The notes: a model not told the origin generated them from the letters alone. A DNA stretch of 64,000 bases from Novakomyces olei (GCA_016906335.1 JADEYG010000012.1:496001-560000), one strand, 5' to 3'; shown: positions 13,398 to 26,830, numbered from the stretch's first letter. Program-made: numbers and translations.

Positions 13398-13447
13398 CAT
13401 TACTAGCTAGACGCATCATTAGACACAATACTAGCTCTATACCTCTA

Positions 13448-14356
13448 TCAAGCCCCCGTCTTTACAGCGGTATGAATAGCGGCTACGCCAAACGTTAGAT
13501 CCTCGTACCCAGTCTCCCCCGCCAGCTCGAACCCCGCATCCTTGATCATTTGGGCAAACTGAGTCTGTGAGGGAAACCGCTCGATAGACTCGACGAGGTA
13601 CTGGTAGCTGTCACGGTCTCCGGCGATAAGTGACCCCATTACGGGGATAACGGAGAAGGAATAGGCGCGGTACAGCTGTGCCAGCAAAGGAGGGTGCACT
13701 TTAGAAAACTCGAGACAGGAAAAGACGCCGCCCGGCCGAAGGACGCGGTGTGCTTGCTTCAGTACGCGGTTGATATGCGTGCAATTGCGGATGCCAAAAG
13801 CGATAGTGTAAAGGTCAATTGACTCGTCACCGACGGCACTCAGCTCCTCTGCATTTTGCTCAATAAACCGTAGACGCGAAGAGCCATTGTAGCGCGAGTC
13901 ACGTGCCCGCGACTCGCCCTGCCGAAGCATATCCGCATTTATATCGGCCACAGTCACGCGCGTCTTTACGTCATGGTTCACGTCGCTGGCCCAGTCGAGC
14001 AGGCGGAAGGCAATGTCTCCAGTGCCGCCGGCCACGTCGAGGACGTCGAGTCCCGACAGAGAGCCCGGATCGAGTTTGGCCACATAGTAATCCTTCCATA
14101 ACCTGTGCACTCCCGCCGACATGGCATCGTTCATTACGTCATACCTGCTGGCAACGGAGGAAAAGACTTGGCCGACCAACGATTCTTTTGCCTGCTCTGG
14201 CACACTGCGAAACCCAAAATGCGTTTGCTTTTTGGCAGTAGTGCCCGTCTCATTGCCGCCGTCTGCGTTTGATTGCAGCGACGGCACACTAGTCACCAGG
14301 CTTCGGAGCCTCGGCGCTCCGAGTGCGTGCCGCAGCCGAGGAACTGCCCGATGCAT
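13448..14356 (-). CDS. COQ5: Ubiquinone C-methyltransferase
   Basis: THFGF, YDVMNDAMSAGVHRLWK, LDVAGGTGDIAF, SYQYLVESI. Confidence 0.97.
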   Translation of the reverse strand: MHRAVPRLRHALGAPRLRSLVTSVPSLQSNADGGNETGTTAKKQTHFGFRSVPEQAKESLVGQVFSSVASRYDVMNDAMSAGVHRLWKDYYVAKLDPGSLSGLDVLDVAGGTGDIAFRLLDWASDVNHDVKTRVTVADINADMLRQGESRARDSRYNGSSRLRFIEQNAEELSAVGDESIDLYTIAFGIRNCTHINRVLKQAHRVLRPGGVFSCLEFSKVHPPLLAQLYRAYSFSVIPVMGSLIAGDRDSYQYLVESIERFPSQTQFAQMIKDAGFELAGETGYEDLTFGVAAIHTAVKTGA

Positions 14357-14419
14357 TACGCCAGACTGGTTGTCGCTGCTGCCTGTCGTTTGACCTAAAC
14401 TAGTTGAAAAGTTAATATT

Positions 14420-14437
14420 GGGTTAGGGTTAGGGTTA
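14420..14437. promoter_or_regulatory. (GGGTTA)3 telo-box upstream of COQ5
   Basis: GGGTTAGGGTTAGGGTTA about 65 bp from the ATG. Confidence 0.6.
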
Positions 14438-15295
14438 ATATCGGATTTAGAGGGTTAATATTTATACAGCTGACCAAGCGGTGCTGGCGCGCGTGGACAA
14501 ACGATCAGCGACGGCCAGACTATTTTGCTTGTACAAACATTTCAATCGTATCACCGTCTCTAATCGTATATTAATACTTGATTCGAGCGAGTTTTGCTTC
14601 AAGATGTTGCTGGCACGCAACAGTTCCATACACTTGTGACGTACAGTATAATCGATGCCATACTCTTATATCCTATTAAACAGTAGAATAGACGCAAAAA
14701 AGACGCAAAAAAGACAACAAAGGCGGTAAATTTCCACGAGCCAGGCCTTTACAACTATATACGCTGCAATTGCAAAAAAACACGAATGCTCGTCTACTCT
14801 GTGTAAAAAAATACGACACACGACCGTTAAAACGGCCCCCACTCTTGGACGCGCCCTTCTTTTGAACCCTTCTTCTATACAGAAAACCCTACCAAACATT
14901 CCGCCACGGCGAAAACCCTGAAACAATTACAAGCAAGGAAAAACCGTGGCGGCTATTGGTAGATAAGGCGAAATAAATCGGGTGGCCAGCAATTACTGTC
15001 GCCCCGAACCGACACACAATAGGATAAAGCGCGTACTATTATTATAGCGCAGGTGTATTTTTGCTTGACTTTATTAAAAGATTTTGCCTCGTGGACGATA
15101 CCACTTTTTAATTATAAAGAGCAGTTCATCGGGTGTTGTGTGGTACTGCTTTGTGGAATTCACACGGGCGTTTGGAACCAGCTTTTGACTTTTATAAGCC
15201 ATTGCCAAACCTGCCATTGGCCTGACAAACAAGTGTATAGACCCATCCCTCGAGCGGTCTAGTGGCAAGCTGTTCCGGGAAATTCTGCAGTCGAA

Positions 15296-15747
15296 ATGGC
15301 AGATCAAACGGCAGAGTCTTTGGCCGATGTGAAGGTGTTTAGTGCGGCCGAGGTGGCTGAAATGAAAACCCGTGAGAAGACTGCAATCATTATTCATGGC
15401 AAAGTCTACAACGTGTCACCGTTCCTTGACGAGCACCCTGGCGGTGAAGAAGTGCTAACAGATTTGGCTGGTCAAGATGCCACTGAGGCATTTGAAGATG
15501 TTGGTCATAGCGACGAGGCGCGTGGTATGCTGCCGGGCCTCTTTATTGGCGAATTGAAAGCAGGCGAGAAGACGACCCAGGGCTCTCCCTCCGGTGTGCA
15601 TGTAGGACCAAAGACTTCGTCTGGCCCAGCGTATGTTTTTATCAAAATTTATCTGCCATCTACTAAAATACCAGCGTCTCTCCACTACTCATCGTCTTTG
15701 CACTCATCGTCGGCTTCGCCGCATACCAGTTTGTTCTGCAAAAGTAA
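15296..15747 (+). CDS. CYB5: Cytochrome b5, tail-anchored (intron 15631-15674)
   Basis: HPGG heme motif, DATEAFEDVGHS; splicing gives the TM tail VSPLLIVFALIVGFAAYQFVLQK*. Confidence 0.95.
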
Positions 15748-15887
15748 CTGCGCTATACAAAGAGAAGGAGGGTTCCTACATTATTCGCATAGCGTTCATA
15801 GACGAGAATTATACATAATTTATCCAAATACAATATTGGTTTTGAGTTGGTCTAGTTTTTTTTTGCTCTATAGTTTATGCGAACGCT

Positions 15888-16045
15888 TATTATTTATTAT
15901 TTATTATTTATTATTTATTATTTATTATTTATTATTTATTATTTATTATTTATTATTTATTATTTATTATTTATTATTTATTCATTATTTATTCATTATT
16001 TATATTTATATTTATATTTATATTTATATTTATATTTATATTTAT
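15888..16045. repeat. Compound AT microsatellite (TTTATTA-type, then TTTATA)
   Basis: Direct reading. Confidence 0.9.
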
Positions 16046-16297
16046 GGTTTACTTAAATTATTATTATAGTTTATATTATAATTAAAATTTAATATGGTTG
16101 ATATTTATTATTTCTCTTAGTTTATTAATTCTTGTTTTATCGCTTATTCTCTTCAAGTGTCAAATTGTATCGTCCATAGTAATGATCGCACAACCGAATA
16201 ATATAATGAATATTACGAGTATTATGAATATATTACGAATTACGAAAAACTGGCGGACGGTAGTGAATACGAGCACAGATTTGCTCCGCGTTCTGTT

Positions 16298-17806
16298 ATG
16301 AAGGCGGTAGTTGCGCTAGCGCTAGTCCATTGGGCGCAGGCTCGCGATGAGGCCGCTGGGTCTGAGGGTAATGGAAATTTACTATAGATTCTAACAGCAC
16401 ATTCAGAATCGCCTACTATTCTCGAGCGACTTGCCGCGCAAGATTTTCGAATGGAGGCGTGGATGCTCGCTGGCGTAGTGTTCCTGCTTACAGTATGGGC
16501 AATTGGCAGCGTCGTCAATGAGCGTAAATGCAAAGCAGTTTTTGGCGAAGTCACGGCAGTTTTAAAATCTCAATTTGCTCAAGTCGGATTCGCTGCCGAT
16601 GAACCGCCTTTGCGACGCGAAAGCGCGTCCGCTTTTGCTACTTATGCCACGGGCCGTGTGGGTATCGCGTACGCTCATATCCAGCTGGCACTTGTCCCGC
16701 GCCAAGACCCGCTCCGGTTTGTTACGGGATTCTTACGGGAACTGTTGCCGTCGAGTATAGTGGCAGAGGAAAGTGGTGGCGACCATTTACTGCTCGATAT
16801 CATCCCGCACGATCCACGTGCGTATGACGACATCGTGTTTGGTATCGTGTCAAAGGCGCGTATGCGGCAACTGCGCGAGTCGCGCTACGATCTGCAGTTT
16901 ACGCGCACGTCTGAAGCGAAGCCTTTGCCTTTGTCGCATATTTACATGACGGAGAGCGCTGAGATTATTCCTCTCTTAATCGACTCGGCCGACGCGCTCC
17001 CCAAGAATATCGATCTCGTGGAGTATATCATTATGACGGACCAGCCTAATGTGCAACCTCACTCGTAAGTTTGCAAAGGAAAAGAATTGCAGTTGGTGTG
17101 GCTTGAAGAATAAAAGGACCAGTGAAAGTGGATGATCGTTTAAACAAGAGCTTTTTTTAAAATAAAATAATATATATTTTAAAATTAAAAATTAAAAATT
17201 AAAAATTAAAAATTAAAAATTAAAAATTTAAAATTAAAAATTTAAAATTAAAAATTAAAAATTAATTAAACAAAAAAAAAAAGGTGGATGGCCTGCTTTA
17301 CTTTTTACAATGCCAGTGTCCAAGCTGCCGAATACATTATTATTATTGACAATACCCTTATCACATCAGCTCTATATACGTGTTGCTAACTAAACCTCAG
17401 ACTTGCTCAACTGAGCCGTGCTCAGAAGCGTATTGTCGTGTCGCTGCGTGTTGGTGGCGACTATACGCGACTGGCAGAAACTTTGGACTCTGTATTTGCC
17501 CTCGTCGATGGCCTTTTGCGCCGTGCTCATTTCCGTCCGGAAGTGAATCGCAAACTGGCAAAAGCTCGAGCTGAAGCAAGTTCTGAGATCAAAAAGATCG
17601 AAGCGGAAGAAGCAGCGTCTGAGTCTGCTTCGTCATCAACCTCGTCTGCGGCTGAGAGTGCACGTGATCGTGCTCGAGCTGAACGCGAAAAAGCGGAACA
17701 GGAACGCGTAAGCCGTCTTTCGGCTGAAGAGCAACGCAAATATCGTGAACGCGAAGAGCGTCGTCGTTTGCGTAAACAACAAGCTAAAATGTCGCGTCGT
17801 CACTAG
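16298..17806 (+). CDS. CCDC47/DUF1682 ER membrane protein (PAT complex); introns about 16368-16407 and 17065-17400
   Basis: Signal peptide, TM helix, YATGR, PRQD, MTESAE, TDQP motifs; C-terminal LSAEEQRKYRERE coiled coil. Confidence 0.88.
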
Positions 17807-17963
17807 TCTGTGTATCTGAGTAATCAGGCATCGAACTCAATCGTCGTCTGGGACATTAATGTAAGCACATGCCGACTGAGCAAGAGAGTATGAAAGTAAT
17901 TGAACGGCCTTGCGTAATGTTCAGTTTTGTTCATTTATTTAAAGCGTAAAAAATCTGTTTTAT

Positions 17964-18040
17964 ATATATGTACCTAATATATGTACCTAATATATGATCT
18001 AATATATGATCTAATATATGATCTAATATATGATCTAATA
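17964..18040. repeat. 12-13 bp minisatellite (ATATATGATCTA / ATATATGTACCTA)
   Basis: Direct reading. Confidence 0.9.
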
Positions 18041-18231
18041 TATTATATGTACCTGATATATAAATACCTCTTATATTATTAAAGTATAGTCCCACTCGCC
18101 AACTCGAATAAAAGGACAGCGCGCAAAAACTCCAAAATGCTATCGTCAAGGCGGAATTTTATTTAATCCTCGACTCGCTATTCATTCAATCCACACATAT
18201 TCTAATATCAAACCTCTCATAAATAATCAAT

Positions 18232-21200
18232 TCACCCATGGGTATTTACTTGATGCTTTATCGCACGGAACCCTTCACTCATGATCGACAGAGTAGAATC
18301 AAGGTTGTCAAGCACTCGTTCTACTTCTTGCAGTAGAGGCTCAGTAGAGTCAATCGCAGGCGAACCCAGCTGCGTTCTCAATACTCCCAAATCCAAGTCT
18401 TGCAATGGTGTAAGCTCCAGCCGTCCAGTACTATTGATATTATGACTGGGGCTGTTTGTGCTGTGCATGCCTCTCTGTGAAAGTAGGGCAGACGAGGGCA
18501 CTGCACCGGGAAGAACTCGTCTCATACTCGGCCCTACTCGAGAAGCTGGGCCTACAGTAGAATCGCCGGCTTCATTGGCCCCTCCACCTCCACGCGTGGG
18601 TGAAGGGGGAAGGAAAAGTGGGGGTCTAGTACTATCCCGTCCTGTTTCCATCCCACCCGGAGTACCCAACCGTAATCGCGCCTGGTCCGTGCGCCCACTC
18701 TCTATCGTTGATGACGTCATTTCCGCAGCCGATAGCACTTGCTTGCTGCCTGTGAATGATGAATCGGTGGCCTTATGGTCTGACGAAACTTTTGCTGTAG
18801 TGGAAGAAGAGCTCGCGGCTGAAGCTGCCGTCGTGGCAGAGCCAGACTGCTGCTGTTTTCGATTACGCTGAATCTGATGAAGCATATCCGACTTGTCAGA
18901 ATTCGACCGGCCTCTTGCGCCCATAAGAATAGGGTAATGCTGGTGTAAATTAGCAAAAGCTGAAGAGGTGCTCGATGAGCTGGGTGCAAGATTATGCAGC
19001 TTTGGAGGACTCGCTGCCTTGCGAGGCACAACAGATCCCTCGTTCGGTCTGAGGATGCTTGGCTGTAATTTTTTGGCAGTAGAACTGGCAGTAGAACTGG
19101 CAGTAGGATCCTGCAAAACAAGAGGCGTTCTCGGCAGCTGCTCATCTTCCTCCTGTGCTTTTGTTGATTGTGCCATGAGCGACATTGATCGCTGTGGCAG
19201 AGGAGTGCTCTGTGAATGATGAGGCATCGGAGGCGGTCTGACACCGATCCTTTTCTGAGGCAGAGGCGAAGGCTGCAGAGCAAAATCTGCATTTACTGGC
19301 GTTGGCACGTCCAGCTGGATCTGTGTCGGCTGTGACTGCTGAGACTGTATCTTTGTCCGCTCAGGAAAGAAGGCATTAGAATCGGTCAGGCCAGAGAGAT
19401 GCTTGTCAAGAGAGGCGTCCATCTGAGGGATATCTATCGGTGGGATATCAACTGCCAACGGCCTCCCTCCTGGAAGCTTATGGCGTAGTCCGGATGCTGC
19501 TGCAGAGGAAAGAGGAGGAATCTCGATTGCCGGAGAGTCTTTAGCCAGGATTTCCTGTAGGTCTTGTGTAGACGAGGCATCTTCTTCGAATAACTGCCGG
19601 AGCGGATGCGAAGGCGGCAGACCGGACAGTGTAGGTTTCTTTTGCATCGGCGGACGGGGAGCAGATGGGTGAGAGTGCTTTGTATATGACGCATTGGCCC
19701 TTAATGTGTCTCCATCATTTATTAGTCTATTGCTCTCTAAACTGCCGCTGCCCAAAAATGACGGCTTTCTCACTGTCGACTTCACTGTATCAAACTTCCA
19801 TCCACCGTCGTCCTGTTCATACGGGATACATTTAGGATCAGATGGGTCAAACGCCCGATCGTCATCATCTTCGTCATCATCTTCTTGACCCTCTTCTGAT
19901 ACTTTGGCTTCCCTCGAGTCCTCTAAAGAATCATACTGATCTTCAGCGGCCGCCTCATCAGCCTGCCCGGACGGTTCACCGCCGTGACCAAAAGACCTCT
20001 TGTCCATGTCTTCATCATCGTCCGACAAATCAGCCCCGACCAAAAGGGAATCACGAGCACGTGCACCAGCCGCAGTTTTAGCCCAGTTTTGGTAGCGGAA
20101 GATGAGGTCTTTCAGGATCGATACATGAATCTTTGTAGCACTTTTAATCCATTTGTGACGAAAAAGTTCTTCACTAGAAGGCCGTTCGTCTGGCTGCTCA
20201 TCCAGGCATGTTGCTACAAAGTCTTTCATGGCAGCAGAGAACTCGTTGCCCTCAAGCCGACTCGGCTTCGATCGTGGAATAAGAAATATTGCACGCATTG
20301 GCTCCTGGTCTGCATAGGGTGGATTACCCGTCGCAATTTCGTACAGCGTAATGCCAAAGGACCATATGTCTGCCTTGAAATTGTAAGCAGCCCCGTCAGT
20401 TACGACCTCGGGAGCCATCCAGTATGGAGTGCCAACAAAAGTTGACCTTTTCAACTGGTTAGTTTGCATTTGTGCGGCCACACCAAAATCGCAGAGCTGC
20501 ACATGGCCTTCCTCCGTCAGCAGTATATTCGCTGCTTTGATGTCACGATGAATGATCCCATTAGCGTGAATGTACCGCAAAGCCAATAGAATTTCATGTG
20601 CTATAACTGCCATGTATCGCTCTTCGATACGGCCGGCTTTCATTAGTGTACGTAGAGATCCACCAGAGCAATAATCCATTACAACCCATAACCGTGTTCC
20701 CACAACCTGACAGCCATGGTAACGTGTCACATTTACGGCACCGCCATTATTGCCCCTCCGATCGGCACTGCCTGTGTTTTTTATCTGTGCCAGCAAATTA
20801 ATTTCCCGCTGCACATCTGCCACCTCGCTCAATGATGTGTCGAGACTGAGGATTTTGATTGCCACTAGTTTGCCCGTAGCAATGTGCACACTGTTTGTTA
20901 GTAAACGCAAAGGAGAGGTCAAAGCAATAAAACATAATATAATTAATAATTAATAAATGATAATACGCTGTATAGCTCGGGCTGCGATTGAACAAACCCG
21001 TCCTCCAAAGTGGTCGCGCAGAAGGGATTATAAAACAAAGAGCATGGATGAAGGAATGAAAGAGACGGATCATATAATCCTTCAGGCCAAAAATTACAAG
21101 AACTAATTGAGGCAATAATTATATAAACAAATGAGCAAATGCTCGTTCATACTTCACAAAACCTGTGCCAACAACAATAAAAGATAGGTTTCATAATGCT

Positions 21201-21350
21201 CGAAAAAACTCCAACAGCATTCAATCATCCAAGATTTTCGGCACCACCAGACAAAAACACACAAAAATTAGTTGTAATATAATACCCTTTGTAAACACTG
21301 CCATAGCTGCCGCGCCCTATGAGCTCCTTCCTAGCATAAGCAGTCCGCAT
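18232..21350 (-). CDS. Ste20/GCK-family kinase, Nak1/Kic1-like (intron 20891-21285)
   Basis: Exon 1 MRTAYARKELIGRGSYGSVYKG; HRDIKAAN, DFGVAA, RSTFVGTPYWMAPE; long disordered C-terminus. Confidence 0.88.
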
Positions 21351-21806
21351 CTGCCCCTTGACGATTGCTGCAAGGCGTCCACGTTAGCGTGTGCATGCAC
21401 GAGCTATAATCGAAGACCTTAAAACTAACTTGAGGGCGAAGACTTTAGCGGTTATCGGTACATGCCTGTATAATTATGCTTTGGCCGCGTAAGACTTTAC
21501 GTGAAGAATTTGAGAGTTAATCTTTATTAATAGCAGTACTCTACAAGACATTTTCACTATATCGCTGTTGTACACTTAAGTATACCGAGACGATGTGTTT
21601 TGTATATGTTTCAGATACAAATTTATTTTTAATTTATTTATTTATTTACTTTTTATATATATAAATACAAATATAAATATATTTTATTAGGTAGCCTATA
21701 GTAATTGCGATTGCTGTGATTTGAATACGCAGTATAATGAAATAGCACGTTATTGGTTCATTGTTACCGAGTACCACTGACCCATACTCTGACGCTTTCG
21801 AGCGAT

Positions 21807-22973
21807 ATGCCGGCAGCGACGCCGGCTTCGCCAGCACTCTCGTCTAATTCTGTTCTACGTGCGCCCAGTTATATTCGCCAGCTATTCGATGCTTTTCCTC
21901 TGGTTTCAAGGCCACCGCTGGCACCTTTTTCGCACAATTTCACGACAACTCCCGACCGAGTGCCTACGATTTATGGGGCAGCGTTAATAGACGACGGATC
22001 GGCAGATGCGCACGTACCCGGAACCTACAAGGCACGCGTCGGTAGCAATATCATAACGGGAGACCCGGTGAGCTTGACCTGGCTGGTAAGTTGAAATGCA
22101 AAGCTCTAAAGCACGTAAAATACAGATTCAATTTTGGAGATTAGAGTCTAATTGCCAAGACGTACGCGCGCATGTACAATCTGCCTGTACGCTTTGAGCC
22201 TGCGAGTAAGCACGCGGCTCCGGACGCGGCATTGCCGTTTGTGCACTGGCCTAATCGGAGCAAAACGTACACTCAGACACAGATGCACGAGTGGCTGGAA
22301 GAATACGCAGCCCATCATAAAGACGGAGAAAATCCGCCCGCTCCTACGGGAGACGTGATGGCTTTTCTTGACCTTGTAAATTCGTCGCTGCATGAAGCTT
22401 ATGTATGATGTAATTATCATGTGGCTGGTGGCTAACGTTTCCAGCTTTTTGCTCGGTACATTGATGGACCTGACCCGCAATCTCATGCTACATGGCCCGT
22501 CAATAAGTTTGAGGATTTTGAGCTTCGGCAGCGGGCTAGCGAAGAGATTGCACTCTCCCGTAGATGGACAATACTTGATAAAGATGAGGTATGAATCAGT
22601 GTACCGGTATATATGGATACATTTGTCTAGACATTTGTACTGGCCTTTGCCGTTCTTGTATTTTACATTTTCTCTCAGTGTCACATGATGTTATCTTGCG
22701 ACTAACGTAAAGGTATACGCTGATGCACGGGGCACATGGGATGCTTTGCAGTGCGTTCTTTCACCCGAGGGAAACTACCTCCTTGGTCAAAGCTCGCCGA
22801 CTCTGCTTGATGCCACTTTCTTTGCTTACGCTCATTTGATTTTGGCTGCGTCGGCATCTTCGTCGATTGGACGATCGCAGTTGGCCGAAGATTTACGCTC
22901 CCGTGAAGAGCTTGTTGCATACGCGTGTCGACTGTTTGACGAGGCTTACACTTCGCCTGACAAGGAGACTTAG
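21807..22973 (+). CDS. Metaxin/Sam35-like SAM complex subunit, 3 introns
   Basis: RQLFDAFPL N-terminal motif, ASKHAAPDAALPF, GST-C-like PTLLDATFFAY. Confidence 0.8.
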
Positions 22974-23281
22974 ATAGATATGGCTATTAAAATGGGACAG
23001 GAGAGCAGATTGGCGTATCGCAAAAGGTACTGTCTTGTCTTATAATCAAGTTTATGTTATGACTTAGTCGCATCGCCTTTCCCTCTTTTTGTTCTCGGCT
23101 CCATTTCCCACTTGAACCTCGTCACCGGCATTTCCAAGTTTGTTACTAGGCTTTTATTTGGTGAAACCACACTAGTACTGCTGCAACACACTACGTCTAC
23201 ACTCTATACTTGTACAAGGCATTGGTCTCAGAGGGCCAATGCCAGAAACCGAAATTAATATGCAATATGTAATCCATTGGT

Positions 23282-23858
23282 CTACTTGTTGAGAACGATG
23301 GCATCGTACTTTTGCTTGAACCATTTGATCGTATCAGCCGGGCGTACACGGTGAGACGCTCCGATCTTGGCCGTCTTGGCCTTTCGCTTGGCGACACGCG
23401 CTCCAGGGCGGTCCATTATAACATAGAAATCCATGCCGTAAATTCCGATACTAGGATCATACTTGATACCCAAATCGATGTGCTCTTGGATACCAAAGCC
23501 AAAGTTGCCAGTCTCAGAAAAGTTGTGACGCAACAGCTCGTATTCCTTCACCTTAAGTCCGCGTTCGAGAATTTCCTCGGCCTTGGGTCCACGTACGGTT
23601 ACGTGCACGGAGATCTTTTCATTACGGCGGATACCAAAGGTACGTACAGTGTACCGGGCTTTATAGTGTCAGTATGGCAATCCGTATATTTACTCGACGA
23701 TGCTAGTTACCTTTTGAATAGACTGGTGTCTGGCCAGAAAGCTGTTCCAATACTTTCGCAGCACGAGTAAGCCGATCACCGGACTCTCCAACGCTGATGT
23801 TGAGCACCAGCTTGGAGATACGCAGGTCGCGCATCGTATTTGCCTCTTTTGCCGCCAT
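23282..23858 (-). CDS. RPL11: 60S ribosomal protein L11 (uL5), intron 23659-23710
   Basis: [42 protein letters not shown]. Confidence 0.98.
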
Positions 23859-23903
23859 TGCTGCTGTGTGTTAATCGCTGGCCGTGTCGAGTCTGTTTGT
23901 GGT

Positions 23904-23937
23904 CAGTTACAACTAGATAGTCACCTTACCCTACCCT
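23904..23937 (-). promoter_or_regulatory. Homol-E (ACCCTACCCT) plus Homol-D-like (CAGTTACA, TAGTCACC) boxes
   Basis: 45-80 bp upstream of the RPL11 ATG, same order as at RPS16. Confidence 0.8.
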
Positions 23938-24546
23938 AATGTACTCGCTATAATAAAGATAATGTAGTCTGAGCGTTTTATTGTGCGTAATATTGTGTTG
24001 ATAATCGTGCGTATATGTAATAAATACTCCACATTAAATATGGTTGGTTCACAATCGCGAAATTTCACAGTAATAAATATTATTTGTATCGCTTCAGAGA
24101 CGAAGCGATCTACCCTTCATAGTCATTGGGGCCAACGCCTTGAATGCTTGATTGTTCTAGGCGTGCAGTTTATGTGTGAATCGATCAATTCAATATCTTT
24201 ATACAGCGACGCTGATTTGGCATTGTAGTATATTTTTTCGCTTGAGTTTGCAAAAAGTTGTGCAAGTGTACATTGTAATGTCTCCAAAGACTTGAAGGCC
24301 ATAGAATAATACGGTAAAGTTCGAGACATAAAAAAGATAGTGCTATATGCAAAATAAAACACCAAAAAAGACGTTGCCAGTAAATCTGTTTGTTTTGATT
24401 TCTATACGATCAAACTCTATCTATCCTCTTCGCATTCTAGTGAGTTTGGTGACATATCCGAATAATATTAATATTAATAAAATTCGTAAATATAGCAAAG
24501 AAAGCGAAGCGTAAAAGCGCGCAACAAAAATTAATTGACTCGAGCA

Positions 24547-25663
24547 ATGGAGGAAGATTGGGGTAGAATAGTATTGCCTTTATACCAACTAACAAAGTCA
24601 GAGTCGTACTATGCTACCGCTTCGTCGGCGGCGCCAGTCGCGCCCAAAACAAGCGGTCGCTTCGATGACGAAGAAGACGACGACGAAGGAGTCTTGGTAT
24701 GCTTGACCTGTACATTATGATATTTACCTGTCAAGGATTCGTGGGACGTACAATTAGACGAAAAGCAGCCAGCTTCAGTGCCGGCGCCAAAACCTAAAAA
24801 AAAGGCTTCACTTGGCGAGAAAATTGCTCTACGAGAAAAGCAAGAACAAGAACGGCAGCAGGCCCTTGCTGAGGCAAATGTAATTCATTGAAGAAAAGGA
24901 AATATGAAAGGAACTAGTGGAATATAGACAAAGCTGAATAAAGCGAGTGCGCGGAAAACCGGAAAATAAAATAAAATAAATACTGATTAAAAAATAAACT
25001 ATTCGCGACGACGGTGAAAAGAAACTGGCGTGTTCATACTAACACCTATAGAAAGAAGAAGATCCAGCTGTGCGCCAAAAGCGAATGCGTGAAGCACAGT
25101 TACGCTCGGATTTACAAAATGCTGCTGATTTGTTTGGAGGAATAGCGCTCGATGAGGCCCCAGCACCATCCTCAGCGGCCCCGAGGGAGCGTAGCGCTGG
25201 AGACGATCTTTTTGACGTTGGCTCTGATGATGATGATGACAATAATACTACAAACGCCAAGGCTTCCCAAAAGCTGACTGAACAAGAAGCTCTTTCCTTT
25301 GGCTTGGCTCCTCAAAGGAGCATCTCGACACCTAAATCCAAAAAAGACTTTGATGAAATTCGGGACTTGCTCTTAAAGCAGCTCCCCGATGCTTCCCGTT
25401 CACCGCACTATTTACCGTTCCTGCAAGATTTATTCCGTGGTCTCTGTACCCCACTGTCGAGTGACGATGTGCGGGCTTGTACATCGAAACTAAATGCCCT
25501 TTCAAACGATAAAGCGCGGGCTGAAAGCCGAGTTGGAGGCGCTGGTAAAAAGAAAGGGGCGCCAAAGCCTGTCGGTCCTAAAGCCCCCATTTCCGGAAAG
25601 GCCAACAGCAAGATGGACGCGTATGCTGACGATTATGGCGACGATTTCGATGATTTTATGTAG
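24547..25663 (+). CDS. HCR1: Translation initiation factor eIF3 subunit J, 3 introns
   Basis: MEEDW start, VLDSWD across a splice, SDLQNAADLFG, C-terminal DDFDDFM. Confidence 0.93.
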
Positions 25664-26266
25664 CTTGGGCATTTAATGAGCATTGATTATAGAGTGGCCG
25701 GCCTGCTGCATGTAGCTATATTTGACTTGAGTATTCACGTGTGGTATTGAACGCCAAATGTATCTGAAGTCTGCCTGTCGTGCAGCTATAATAGAGTCTA
25801 TATCGGTATAAATAAATAAACCATCTAGATACCGGCAGTCGTATGGATATGTCGCCTTTTACGGTATTACGACCGACGTTTATGATCCTGAAGGCATAAG
25901 AAAATGAACTGCTGAATTATAAACCATGAAATTGTTTCGTCACGGGAAATTGATTACTAAATCGAATGAATCTAGCAAGGACAAAAGGCATTGGTAGCAA
26001 GCCTAGCAAGTACGGTACCTAGTAGCGCAAGTGAAATGGCAATAATAAAACCCAATGCTTATAAAAGAATAAAACAAAACACGGTGATGACAACAGCGAC
26101 GGCAGTATCAGCCAAACCAGCATCTACAATCAAGGACTGTGCGGTGGAACTTTGTACAAATTGGCATGAATTACTAAAGCAATACATTGAACTCAACCTT
26201 GTGCGTGTACAAAAATCAGGCAACCCCCAAATATCGAAAACACAAGTCGGTATGAAGCAAAGGGTA

Positions 26267-26830
26267 TCATGACGCAGGAGCATTACTCCGCTGTTGTTGA
26301 GAGTGTTTACGAAAACAGCCTCGGCAGACGGGAAAAATTGAAGCGTTAGTGCGCTTGTCTTCTTGATAATAATCATAAGCAATATCATTAGGCCCGAGAG
26401 GCAGACGTTGCCCTGTACATTTTTTACAAAACACTTTACCGCACCCGCGGCAGTGTCGTTTGACAACGAGCAATGGAGTAAACTTTCTTTTACACGTGGG
26501 ACAGCTGCTTACAATCAGCTTGTTTTCCCAAGGGATTTTAGGTTTAATATCTGGACCCAAGAAGAATATACGCGTGCGCCGGGCTCCTAGAGCCGCCGTT
26601 TGCTGTAAATAAGACATGCCTGAAATGTTTCCACTGCCGGACTGGTCTCTGCCTCCGCTGGACAGCGCGTGATGGTAGCTTGGGGGTATATGCCGAGCCC
26701 CCATACTGTACCGTGGTAAAGGCTCGGCCTCGTGGTCCTCAAAATGGACCATACCACCGTCCCCGTCATGAACAAAAACCCGGTTATCGCCGTCCGCGGC
26801 CGTTGGCACTTCATCACGGATCGTAGCCAT
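26267..26830 (-). CDS. Small FYVE-like zinc-finger protein with PY motifs
   Basis: CPTC...KRHCRGCGKVFCKKC...VCRGC with eight Cys; LPRY and PPSY motifs; likely start MATIRDE. Confidence 0.8.
   Translation of the reverse strand: MATIRDEVPTAADGDNRVFVHDGDGGMVHFEDHEAEPLPRYSMGARHIPPSYHHALSSGGRDQSGSGNISGMSYLQQTAALGARRTRIFFLGPDIKPKIPWENKLIVSSCPTCKRKFTPLLVVKRHCRGCGKVFCKKCTGQRLPLGPNDIAYDYYQEDKRTNASIFPVCRGCFRKHSQQQRSNAPAS

Noticed and set aside
15748-16069. Long hydrophobic extension of cytochrome b5 in the ORF track
   Set aside because: Read-through of an unspliced intron into AT repeats; splicing gives a normal tail anchor
25840-25880. GCCTTTTAC resembling U5 snRNA loop 1
   Set aside because: Flanking stem is weak and there is no Sm site downstream
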